Shown here one piece after another: positions 1-11,695 of a stretch of DNA of 64,000 bases (positions are counted from its first letter, which is position 1; every line of letters begins with the position of its first letter). The notes under the pieces are model-generated. The model searched no databases, was not told the DNA's origin, and was given only the letters and a program-made list of their open reading frames with translations. This stretch comes from Macrostomum hystrix (taxonomy: Eukaryota > Animalia > Platyhelminthes). The position numbers were made by a program, and so were the translations under genes. The stretch covers positions 15,996,001-16,060,000 of the forward strand of contig CATNEN010000039.1 of NCBI GenBank assembly GCA_950097015.1, in the 5' to 3' direction.

Positions 1-3000
1 ACGGCGAACTTGAGACAGCGTACCAGACTCTTCAGCAGGTGAATCGACGACTGCAAAACGAACTGGACGAACTGACGGAGAAGCTGAATAACAAGTCTCG
101 GACAATTGATCAGCTGGAGAGTGACAAGGGCAGGCAGCACAAACTTCTGACCCAGATGAATTCATTGTTGAACTCACCTTCATTGGATAGTACCGACTCT
201 GTTGTGAAGTTTGAGATGCAGCGTATTTTGGCGGAGAATCTGGTGAGTGAAATGCTACAATATCTAAAATAATTTGCTTCTAGAGACGAAAGCCTGATAG
301 ATAAAAATGAAAACCGGTTAGATAATAACGAAAACCTGTTAGATAAAGTCGAAAACCTGATAGATAAAAACGAAAACCTGTTAGATGGAGACAAAAACCT
401 GTTCGATAATAACGAAAACCTGTTAGATAATGACGAATACCTGTTACATAAAAACGAAAACCTGTTAGATAGAGAAAAAAACCTGTTAGATAATGACGAA
501 GACCTGTTAGATAATGACGAAAACCTGTTAGATAAAGATGAAGACCTGATAGATAAAGACGAAAATCTGTTAGTTGGAGACGTCGACCCAAACTTTGCAA
601 AACTGCAGGAATTGCGAGCCGAGAATGAACGATTCGAATCGGAATACAAGAGACTGCAGCGGCACAACAACAATCTGGCCTTGAACGAGACCGACCACCA
701 GGCCCTGATCCCGGTGCCCAGTCAGGAGAAGGCCGCCGAGCTTGCCCGCTCCGTACTGAAACTGGAAGAGCCGAACAATGCTGCCTATCTGATCTTCTGC
801 GCTATCCGCTGGTGCGACATTAATAAACAGGATAAAATAGTTGAGCACCTGCTCAGCCAGACGGCGGCCGCCTGGCGCGATTATTGCAAGGTGAATTTAA
901 TTTATTTCTGTCTTCTTGAAACCTATGGAAATTCCCCATAGCAACAAGTTTCAAAGTGGGTTGTAGCCTAGTAGTTAGAGCGTTGGAATCACGACTTGAA
1001 GATCGGGGGTTCGATTCCCAAATCCACTGAAATAATTTGTGTACATTAGCAAGGAACTGTCGGCTGCACATCTTGCCCAATGGGGCAAGTGTTATAAATT
1101 ATGTTTAAAAAAAGCCGTTCCCTTCCGTTGGTTGTCAGCAATCCTCGGACATCAATGGCCAGCTGCTAGTCCTGTCAAACTGTCATCGCCTGATAAACCT
1201 GCTCCGTCAATACGGCGGCATTGGACAGTACTCGGCCGAAAACACCGAAGACGAGCGTGAGCTTCAACTGCGCCGATTCGATCTGGAAGAATTTCAAACG
1301 ACATTTCACGAGCTGAGCCTGTGGTGCTATCAGCAGATTTGCATGGCCATGCAGCGCAGTCTGCCAGCTCCGACTCTGGTGCTGGGCTTGTTGGAGTACG
1401 ACGCTATTCCCGGCCTGCCAACGGTGCTGAAGAAGCGCCCGGATCAAGCCAAGTGTCACGCCGCTTTCGATGCCATCAGCTCGCGTTGCTGCGAGTTGGT
1501 GCGCTGCGCTAGACAGGTGAGTTCAGTTGAGCCTTTGTTTGTCTGGATGGTCTGATTGGTCTAGATTCTGATTGGTCTAGATTCTGATTGGTCTAGATTC
1601 TGATTGGTCTAGATTCTGATTGGTCTAGATTCTGAATGGTCTAGACTCTGATTGGTCTAGATTCTGATTGGTCTAGATTCTGATTGGTCTAGATTCTGAT
1701 TGGTCTAGGTTCTGATTGCTCTAGTTTCTGATGGGTCTAGATTCTGATTGGTCTAGATTCTGATTGGTCTAGATTCTGATTGGTCTAGATTCTGATTGGT
1801 CTAGATTCTGATTGTTCTAGGTTCTGATTTGTCTAGGTTCTGATTGCTCTAGTTTCTGATGGGTCTAGATTCTCTTCAGTCTAGATTTTTATTGTTATGG
1901 TATCTGACCGGTTTTGGTTTTGTTTGAAAAAGCGTCTGATTGGTCTAGTTTCTGGTTAGTCTGTCAGTTATCATGGTGGTACAGTTGGACTATAATAATG
2001 GAATAATTTTTTTGTGAGAATTCAGTCGAGAATTTTCACTACATGCTCGTAAAAGTAGTAACTAAGCATTTTTGGAAAAGTTGATTTACTATAGTTTGTG
2101 ATGTAAAAATACATGCCTTCCTTCGCAGGCCTGCCTACCGGACGAGGCCCTTGCTCAACTGGTTGAGCAGACTCTGCGGTGGCTGAGTGGCCACTGCTTC
2201 AATCAACTGATGCTGCGTCGAGATCTGTGCCACTGGTCGAGGGGCATGCAGCTGCGCTACTGCCTGTCACAGCTGGAGTCAGCGCTGAGGGAACTAGACG
2301 CCTCTGCGGCTCTGACAGCTTTGGAACCGCTGGTTCAGGTTAGGCGCTCAGTATAATTAGTCGGGAGTGATTCAATTCTAGCTATGTACGAAGCTTCCGA
2401 ATATGCGTCTTTTCGGGTGTCATTAGAATTAATAATAGCTATTTTTAGCTTTCTCTTCCCGGCCAATCGGGATAAGACTTTTAGTGCGCTATTTTTAGCC
2501 TCCTCGTCGCGACCAATAGAAAACGTCTTCGAGCAAGAGCTTTCTAGCTTTTCTTGTCTTAGCCAATTGGAAAAATACTTGCTCTAAGTGCGTTGGTATT
2601 TATGCCAAAAAAAATTCTCGCGCTAAAACGGAAAAATTTCCGCCACTGACTGCAGGCTTGTCAGCTGCTACAGGCCAACAAGCACAAGGAAGAGGACGCT
2701 GTTACAATAGCAGCCACAACCAACCTACTGGCTCCCAGCCAAGTGAAAAAGCTGCTAGAGATGTACACATCACACGATGAATTCGATCAGAAAGTCAGTC
2801 CGGAATTCATCTCTCGGGTGGAGGCGAAACTAGTTGAGGCCCAGCAACATCAGCGCGATCCCAAAGCGTTATTTATCGACGTGAAACAGATGCAGCCAAT
2901 CAGGTTGGCCTTTCAGAGGGACGCAACCGTACTGAAATCGGTGCCAATACCAATGAGATTTCTGGAGGATGTCGAGGGTGGCTTAGGCAACGGCGAAACC

Positions 3001-3009
3001 GATGCCTGA
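1..3009 (+). CDS. MYO5: Myosin V (class V unconventional myosin), 3' part: distal coiled coil and globular tail (Dilute) domain. Exons <1-242, 609-890, 1139-1516, 2129-2338, 2656-3009
   Basis: Phase-0 GT..AG joins give ...LSNCHRLINLLRQYGG...FDLEEFQTTFHELSLWCYQQI...FNQLMLRRDLCHWSRGMQLRYCLSQLE...LEPLVQ/ACQLLQ...QVKKLLEMYTSHDEFDQKVSPEFI. This follows the myosin Va tail motifs ([67 protein letters not shown]). Stop TGA at 3007-3009. Confidence 0.93.
286..575. repeat. 21-bp degenerate minisatellite (aaaacctgttagataatgacg) in myosin V intron
   Basis: Visible tandem units; these produce the spurious ORFs 110-673 and 280-600. Confidence 0.9.
957..1095 (+). mobile_element. tRNA-derived SINE (group A, CORE-like), degenerate
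   Basis: A-box-like tagcctagtagttagagcg and B-box ggttcgattccc, followed by gtgtacattagcaagg. Homologous heads occur elsewhere in the window. Confidence 0.7.
1551..1900. repeat. 16-bp minisatellite (tctgattggtctagat) in myosin V intron
   Basis: About 20 tandem units. Confidence 0.95.
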
Positions 3010-3240
3010 TTAAACTTGTGACGTTAAAGTTTTTTGTTAAAATTAGGAAAAGTAGTCAAACAAAAGGTGTTGCGCAACAATGCGTTCCCGGGACAACGCT
3101 TTCAAAAGTACATTTATGATTTTCCTCTTTTTAAGAATCATTGATATGCACTCCTAGTTCGTACTGTGTTTGATTTTACCAATGAAGTGATCTGGTTTAG
3201 ATTTGATTTTGTTTATACGCTTTGATAGTTGCTGTTTGCC

Positions 3241-3246
3241 AATAAA
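3241..3246 (+). promoter_or_regulatory. Probable polyadenylation signal of the myosin V gene
   Basis: AATAAA ~230 nt after the stop, followed by T/GT-rich sequence. Confidence 0.5.
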
Positions 3247-5090
3247 AAAACGATAGCTCGCGCTTGTTCCTTTTGCTATCTTTCATTTCCAACATCTCAT
3301 TACAATGCCTTCCAATGGCCAAGTATTTGTTTTAACCTGTTTTATTTTGTCAGTTAACTTACCGAGTTAGAAGTTTTTAGACATTCGTATTTAAAAGATG
3401 GCTGTGCTAAAACTATAATGTACTTTCGCTTTAAATGAAGCACATTTTTTAATTGATGAAGTTCTTTGATATTCTTAAATAATCAGGTTCAAATTTAAAC
3501 GCACAAACTATTTTATTGCTTGAGTAAGTATTTATACAAGTTTTATTCCATTTTTAGTGTCAGACTTTTAGAACGTGCTGGACGCGACATACAGAATATT
3601 ATTTGAACAGACAAGTTTGTCATTAATGACACCTAAATTATATTCAGGATTTACAATATATGGAGTCAATTTTTAATCGGAATATGTGAATGCATATATG
3701 AACACGCACGGCATAATAATGTGCAATTTATTATTTAAACGAAGTCTTTGTCTAACGACAGTTTTTGCTTTTCTTCCGGTTGGTGCATTGATTTTTCATT
3801 TCATACTCCCTCAAGTGGATAAGATAGTAATTTTAATATCACGCAGTCATTTCGTGGCTCAGCTCAGTCGTGACCTTGAGATGTGTATTCGTCAGCCAAT
3901 CGGAGTGAAGCTAGGCCATTAGGTCTAGCTTTTAATCAAATGCAATAGCAAATATGGCAAAAAACTTAAAAATTCAAATGTAGAGCTAATTTTTGTTAAA
4001 TTAGTATGGTCTAGCATAAAATTTGTTTTAACGGTTGAAACCAGCTACGGAATAAACTTTGCACAATATGAAAAATAGTGTAAAATCACTGTGTTAGGAT
4101 AATTTTCCTCAGAGCAGTTCAATTCCATTCCGTCGATGTTTAGTCGACAAAATGTTTTTTTTTCATAAACGTGGCATTCCATTCTTTTTCAAGTTTTCGT
4201 TACTTTTTAAACGTTTTTTATATATTTTTGTGTGCGAATGTTTTTATCCTTAATCGAGCTGGTGATTTTGCTAAATTAATGAGGCCCCGAGGGTCTCTTA
4301 TCGATTGTTTAGATCTGCTCATAAATTAATTGTTCATAATTTTTCCTAACCGTTCTATATATAGTTTCTTATGCTGCGATTGCTACTAAAACACCGTTTG
4401 TTGATACGATAGTAACAGCGCCTCATGCACACACTGTGAAGGCGAGGATCTGCAGATACAATTTTCTATTTCATAATTATCCCGCATCCTCGTCTTCAGG
4501 CACAGCAGATTTTTCAACACAAGAAATTGAAATAAAACTTGAAAAAAGGATCATATTAAATGAGAAAAAATTAATGCTTTTAAATATTATTTCACTCACT
4601 AATTGTTTAGTTTACTGGTTTATTAGTACAGATTAAAGCTCAATAAAATATGTCACGTGATTTATTAAATCAAGCACCGATACTGATGATTTCAGACAAA
4701 AGACAAGGCAGCAGTAGATACCAGTACACAAGCCAATTAGCGAGTAATTCATACTTATTAGGGCCGTTTTAGCAAAATTATGGTCACTGTGTGTATTGTT
4801 TCAAAATGCATGCAACAGTACTGTTAGTAGAGCGACGTGATGATCGTGTTTTGCTAAACAAATGTTATTTTACATATCTGAAGCCTTCAAATACAGATTC
4901 GAAGAGAATCAGAGTGATTGCACACTTAACACTGATCAACCTTTATGATTTGGCTTCGACTCGATAATGTACTCAGGCAGTGTGACCTTAAAAGGGCCGT
5001 TTTAAAAATGTATTCAATCTTCAATAGCGGAAAAATTCAACGACAAATGGTACGCGATCTCAATACAATACAAGTTTAACAAATCTTGAA

Positions 5091-8006
5091 TCAGGCGCCA
5101 CCTCTAACGTCGCTCTTGTCTCTAAGTAAGCCACGCTTAGCAGGAATGATGACCACCTGACTGCAGGATCCGAGCACCTCCCCGGCTGGCAGCCACACAA
5201 ATTCTTGAGCCTCGTTACAGGTGAGACCGATAGCTGCCTCTAGTGGCAGATTAGACGCATCGTCCTGGTCCTCCGCTGGCCAATCAGCGGACGCCAACCG
5301 ACTGACCGAAACGCATCGTTGGCCAATCGGCTTCGAGCAGTCGAATTCTAGACGCAAATCGAATTGCCAATCAGCTACGCAAATCTCCATGGCTTTTTTT
5401 GAGTCTGCCGTTTTGCAGAGATTTAGTACACTAAACTTGAGAGAGCTAGATGAAATCACTTGACTTTGATGCCGCTGCTGCTGCTGCTGCTGCTGCTGAG
5501 CAAGTTCGTGAAGCTGGCGAGGTGACAGAGGAGTTGCCACCAGCCAGATTCGGAAGCTCTGCCGGCGAATAATCTCGGTGAGGCTGAAAAGGTAGAAAGA
5601 TGGGGTAGGAAATGGGATAGGAAGATGGGATGGGAAGATGGGATAAGAAGATGGGATAGGAAGATGGGATAGGAAGATGGGATAGGAAGATGGGATAGGA
5701 AGATGGGATAAGAAGATGGGATGGGAAGATGGGATGGGAAGATGGGATAAGAAGATGGGGTAGGAAGATGGGGTAGGAAGATGGGGTAGGAAGATGGCAT
5801 AAGAAGATGGGATGGGAAGATGGGATGGGAAGATGGGATAAGAAGATGGGGTAGGAAGATGGGGTAGGAAGATGGCATAAGAATATGGGATAGGCAGATG
5901 GTAGAGAAACATGGGGTGAGAAGATGGTATGGGAAGATGGGATGGGAAGATGGGATAAGAAGATGGGGTAGGAAGATGGCATAAGAATATGGGATAGGCA
6001 GATGGTAGAGAAACATGGGGTGAGAAGATGGTATGGGAAGATGGGATGGGAAGATGGGATGGGAAGACGTGGTGGGAAGATGGGATAAGAAGATGGGATG
6101 GGAAGATGGGATAGGAAGATGGGATAAGAAGATGGGATAAGATGATGGGATAAGAAGATGGGATAAGAAGATGTAAGAAGATGGGATGGGAAGATGGGAT
6201 AAGAAAATGTGATAGGAAGATGGGGTAGGAAGATAAGATGGGAAGATGGGATAAGAAGATGGGATAAGAAGATGGGATGGGAAGATGGGATAAGAAGATG
6301 GGATAAGAAGATGGGATAGGAAGATGGGATAAGAAGATGGGATAGGAAGATGGGGTAGGAAGATGGGATAAGAAGATGGGATAAGAAGATGGGATAAGAA
6401 GATGGGATAAGAAGATGGGATGGGAAGATGGGATAGGAAGATGGGATAGGAAGATGGTATGGGAAGATGGGATAAGAAGATGGGATGGGAAGATGGGATA
6501 GGAAGATGGGATGGGAAGATGGGATGGGAAGATGGGGTAGGAAGATGGGATGGGAAGATGGGATAGGAAGATGGGATAGGAAGATGGTATGGGAAGATGG
6601 GATAAGAAGATGGGATGGGAAGATGAGATAGGAAGATGGGATAAGAAGATGGGATGGGAAGATGGGGTAGGAAGATGGGGCAGGAAGATGGCATAAGAAT
6701 ATGGGATAGGCAGATGTATAGAAACATGGGGTGAGAAGATGGTATGGGAAGATGGGATGGGAAGACGTGGTGGGAAAATAGGTGTCGTATACACGGCATA
6801 AAATTAAGAACTAGTGTGACGTAGGAGGCACGGTGGCAATCTGTAGCGCACCTGTCTCCAGCGCAGGTGAGTCTCCAGCTAATCGTGGGATGAAACGAGT
6901 CCATCAGGCTGAGTCCGATTCTCTGTCTGGGCAGCCGCTGACCTCGGGCCGCTCCGGCTAGAGAGAATTTGCCATAGAACGGGAAGTGATTGCCGTCACT
7001 GTCGCTCAGCCATTGTCTGGAGCCGTCAGCCAGACCTGGCAGCAACCAGTGCGCGCTGCCCGACCTGCCGTACCGATGCTCGATTAGCGACTGCCGACAG
7101 GCCTTCGCATTCGCCAGGTTGAGGGAGAGTCAAAGCAGTGTGATCGCGAGTTCGAATCTACGACTTAGCTTAGGGATCAGTTAGACAGGGGACAGGGGAG
7201 AGAGGAGACAGGGGAGAGATGAGACAGGGGAAGATGAGACAGGGGAGAGATGAGACAGGGGAGAGAGAGGAGACAGGGGAGAGATGAGACAGGGGAAGAT
7301 GAGACAGGGGAGAGATGAGACAGGGGAGAGAGAGGAGACAGGGGAGAGATGAGACAGGGGAGAGATGAGACAGGGGAGAGATGAGACAGGGGAGAGATGA
7401 GACAGGGGAGAGAGGAGACAGGGGAGAGAGGAGACAGGGGAGAGAGGAGACAGGGGAGAGAGGAGACAGGGAGGAGAGATGAGACAGGGGAGAGATGAGA
7501 CAGGGGAGAGAGGAGACAGGGAGGAGAGATGAGACAGGGGAGAGATGAGACAGGAGAGAGATGAGACAGGGGAGAGAGATGAGACAGGGGAGAGATGAGA
7601 CAGGAGAGAGATGAGACAGGGGAGAGATGAGACAGGAGAGAGATGAGACAGGAGAGAGAGTAGGTTGTGGAGGCCTAGTGGCAAACAGTCCAACTATTGG
7701 ACCAACCTGCACCAAGCCGAAAGTCCAGCCCGCCTCCTTCAGCTCTCTCAGGCCGCTGTCCAGCACCTCCATATTGGCTGTGCAATCGGCCGCTTCGCTG
7801 TGATAAACCAGAGAGTCGCGACTTTCAACAATTCGCAGGCTATCGGTCGCCTTTGTCTGCGACAGTTGAGATCGAAACTGATTAAGTCCCTTGCCATTCT
7901 GCTCGCTGATGTTGGCGGCTGTTGCGCAATGAAAATCTGTTACGCGAACAAGAGAGGCCAGCTCTGCAACAAGAGAAAAATTACTTTGGCTTTTGTAACT
8001 CAGCAT
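5091..8006 (-). CDS. FAM78: FAM78-family protein. Exons 8006 (or acceptor at 7963)-7707, 7102-6852, 5583-5091; N-terminus uncertain
   Basis: Spliced translation ...WTFGLVQ/ACRQSLIEHRYGRSGSAHWLLPGL...LSDSDGNHFPFYG...LMDSFHPTISW...LTEIIRRQSFRIWLVAT...PIGQR...TCNEAQEFVWLP...VVIIPAK parallels FAM78A/B (WVVGWIQAC; SSWELPDL; ISDSDGVNYPWYG; MNDNFYPSVTW; LTNIYRDQSFTTWLVA; PLGQR; NANDAQVLMWRP; VVIPPK). Intron phases 0 and 2 are consistent. Confidence 0.85.
5598..6775. repeat. 13-bp purine-rich minisatellite (gaagatgggatag) filling a FAM78 intron
   Basis: About 90 units with variants; source of the PSSYPIFLSHL-type ORFs. Confidence 0.95.
7183..7660. repeat. GA-rich ~16-bp minisatellite (gagacaggggagagat) in FAM78 intron
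   Basis: Tandem units visible. Confidence 0.95.
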
Positions 8007-8051
8007 TCGCTTATTTACTACTTAAAGGTACAATAAATTTTAAACTCTAAA

Positions 8052-8390
8052 ACACCACCTCACTCCCTGACCTTCAGAAACCCACCTCGCTCCCTGACCT
8101 TCAGACACCCACCTCACTCCCTGACCTTCAGACACCCACCTCACTCCCTGACCTTCAGACACCCACCTCGCTCCCTGACCTTTAGACACCCACCTCACTC
8201 CCTGACCTTCAGACACCCACCTCGCTCCCTGACCTTCAGACACCCACCTCGCTCCCTGACCTTTAGACACCCACCTCACTCCCTGACCTTCAGACACCCA
8301 CCTCGCTCCCTGACCTTCAGACACCCAACTTGCTCCTTGACTTTCAGACACCCGCCTCACTTCCTGACGTTTAAGACACGAGCTTCACTC
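8052..8390. repeat. 27-bp minisatellite (cacccacctcactccctgaccttcaga)
   Basis: About 12 units; degenerate copies continue at ~8530-8690. Confidence 0.9.
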
Positions 8391-9143
8391 CATGACATTG
8401 AATATCACGACGGTCTGATTAGTGGCGACTTGATTCTTGTTTCATATGATGCGCAACAAAAAAGGCCCGTCACGTTGTGCTTGCGTTGAGGAATTTCCCC
8501 CTCCTTGGTAGTTCTACTATTAATAACCCCTAAAACACTCCATGACCTAAAATGACATCTACCTCACTCCCTGAACTTAAATAACACCAACCTCACTCCG
8601 ACCTCAAATGACACCCAACTTACTCCTAGGCCTTAATGATGCCCATCTCACTTCCTGACTTTTAAAACATACCAACTTACTCCCTGAAGACTCAAGACTC
8701 ACGGACCATTTTTTAGCTCTCATGCTGCCAATGGATGATAGTAGCGGTTAGTAAAATGCAACACATAGGTTCATAAAAAAATTCGGTAGACAGTACCAAC
8801 CTTCATCAAGCTTGGGATTGTTCCATCCACTGGCTGTGGCGGATGCTAATTGGCGCCTGACGCCGCACAAAACTCCATAGCTGGCAGCCGAGTCTAGCAG
8901 CGGTGCCAATGGCAGCCTGATTGATATCGCATGCTGGAATCGTTGGTTACAGGGAATCGTTCGTTCATCTTGAAGTTGCTTGTATCATTTTTTATATTGG
9001 ACAAGCCACTTTTATATTCGCAAAGTCGGCGTTCAATCGGCGACCTGGCAAAGCCACGACCTTCTGATTACAAACTAAACTATGCGCTCCGGATGACAAT
9101 CACCACACGCAAGCACCCACTCCCAGCATCCCAGCACTGAACA

Positions 9144-9610
9144 GCACCCACCTCACTCCCAAACCCTGCTCGCACCAACCTCACTCTCTAACCCTGCCGG
9201 CACCCACCTCACTCCCAAACCCTGCCAGCAAGCACCTCACTCCCTAACCCTGCCGGCACCCACCTCACTCTCTAACCCTGCCGGCACCCACCTCACTCCC
9301 AAACCCTGCCAGCACCCACCTCACTCTCTAACCCTGCCGGCACCCACCTCACTCCCAAACCCTGCCAGCACCCACCTCACTCCCAAACCCTGCCAGCACC
9401 CACCTCACTCTCTAACCCTGCCGGCACCCACCTCACTCCCAAACCCTGCTCGCACCCACCTCACTCTCTAACCCAACCGGCACCCACCTCACTCACAAAC
9501 CCTGCCAGCACCCACCTCACACTTAAACCCTTCCAGCATTCACAGTAATCCAAGCTCGCCAGTGCCCACCCCACTAACTAACCCTGCCAGCACCCACCTC
9601 ACTCCACTGC
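9144..9610. repeat. ~28-bp minisatellite (gcacccacctcactcccaaaccctgcca)
   Basis: Tandem units; shares the cacccacctcactc core with the 8052 array. Confidence 0.9.
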
Positions 9611-10392
9611 AACTCTGACACCCGACCAGCCACACAACGCGATGCGTTTGACACCAATTTTTTTTGCACCCATCGCACCAAAACAGAAGCCACAAAATAC
9701 TAAAACTCTACATCCACCTCATTTTTGTGCATGAAACCAGCTCAGTTTTACAATACGGTTAAAAAATCAAGCAATTTAAAACAATTAAAAGAAAATTACA
9801 AAGTATACACGACAGAAAAAAATAGACTTCAACAATTTTTTTCGATTATTTTTATTCAGGCTTAGAAAGCTGCACAATTAATATTTTGATCGCAAAAATT
9901 TTAGAAAAAACTATTAGCTTTGTTATTGAAATGAGGACAAAAAACAGGAAAATAGTCAACCAGTTGAGAAAAATTTGGTTTTCAATAACAAAAATTACTT
10001 TCCTCCCAGAATATGCATATAGGCTTAGTCGCTATGAACTGCGGTACAAAAGACTAGCAGAAAAGAAAATGTAAAACACTGCAAAGTTGTACATTATGCA
10101 TCTTAGCATAGTTGAAAAAATATTAATAGAATATAATCACACTTTTAGTAAATGAGAGACTGCTCTGTGAAAAGATGCCAATTGAAGTAAAAAATTGAAA
10201 ACAATCAACTGCGCTTTTAAATTGTTTAGATAACAGCCAGCAAGCAAAGAATAAAGCTAAACTGATTGGTCCATTTAAGGCTGCAATTGAACTGAACGAC
10301 AACGGGTGAACGGAACAGAACAGATGGGAGAGAAAATTATTAAGAGCTTGACCACGGGAAAAAAAACGAGAACAGACTGACGGACTTCGTAA

Positions 10393-11180
10393 ACAGACTG
10401 ACACCAAAAACAGACTGACAGACACGCCAAAAACAGACTGACAGGCACGCCAAAAACAGACTGACAGACACCAAAAACAGACTGACAGACACCAAAGACA
10501 GACTTACAGACACACCAAAAGCAGACTGACAGACACCAAAGACAGACTTACAGACACACCAAAAGCAGACTGACAGACACCAAAGACAGACTGACAGGCA
10601 CGCCAAAAACAGACTGACAGACACCAAAGACAGACTGACAGACACACCAAAAGCAGACTGACAGACACCAAAGACAGACTTACAGGCACACCAAAAGCAG
10701 ACTGACAGACACCAAAGACAGACTGACAGGCACGCCAAAAACAGACTGACAGACACCAAAAGCAGACTGACAGACACACCAAAAGCAGACTGACAGACAC
10801 CAAAGACAGACTGACAGACACACCAAAAGCAGACTGACAGACACCAAAGACAGACTTACAGGCACACCAAAAGCAGACTGACAGACACCAAAGACAGACT
10901 TACAGACACACCAAAAGCAGACTGACAGACACCAAAGACAGACTGACAGGCACGCCAAAAACTGACTGACAGACACCAAAAGCAGACTGACAGACACCAA
11001 AGACAGACTTACAGACACCAAAGACAGCTAGACTTACAGAAAGACCAAAAACTGCCTGACAGACACCAAAAACAGACTGACAGACACCAAAGACAGACTT
11101 ACAGACACCAAAGACAGCTAGACTTACAGACAGACCAAAAACTGCCTGACAGACACCAAAAACAGACAGAACCAAACAGA
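10393..11180. repeat. ~21-23-bp minisatellite (cagactgacagacaccaaaga)
   Basis: Tandem units visible. Confidence 0.95.
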
Positions 11181-11671
11181 CGCATGTCAGTTGTTCTTTT
11201 CAGTGGCATTTCAGCCCCGAATTAAAGTAAATGAAAAGATGCATTAAAACAAAAAAGGTTGAATTCCGAAGTAATGACATTAAAATAGTTTTCTATCACA
11301 ACGTGAGTATAGTAGAAATAACTATTAATTAATAACAAAGAAGCTATTTTTGCTTTCAGAATCACGCAATAATATTAGTTAAACAAAGCATTAGGCTTCT
11401 ATTTGAAGAAACAGAAATGAAAACGCTTTTTTTCGTAATTCAAGTAGGTGAAGTAATTTCACGCTCTAGATTAAAAAAGAGGAAAAAACGCTTCGTTTCA
11501 TACTTGCAGTAGAAATATTTGCGTATGCCATTTTTTTACAATCGGATTTGTCCATTTACACAAGTCAAGATATCGATTAGATCAATAATTAACAAAATAC
11601 TAAATCAACGAGACAATTAGTCTCGCACATATTATCAGATTTTAGAAGGGAAAAAACAAAAATGTAAAGGT

Positions 11672-11677
11672 TTTATT
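11672..11677 (-). promoter_or_regulatory. Possible polyadenylation signal of RNF19
   Basis: AATAAA on the minus strand ~20 nt after the stop codon. Confidence 0.35.
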
Positions 11678-11695
11678 GTTAAAAAATTAAACCAG

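Noticed and set aside
957-1030. tRNA gene calls for the tRNA-like heads (also 11960, 26168, 49590, 50743, 63484)
   Set aside because: Acceptor stems are not complementary and the heads continue into shared SINE bodies.
5441-5460. FAM78 exon shares tagatgaaatcact with the 24-bp satellite at 59.5 kb
   Set aside because: A single short match 54 kb away, most likely chance.
7130-7140. Apparent in-frame TGA (selenocysteine/readthrough) in FAM78
   Set aside because: Homology places the acceptor at 7102, so the TGA is intronic.
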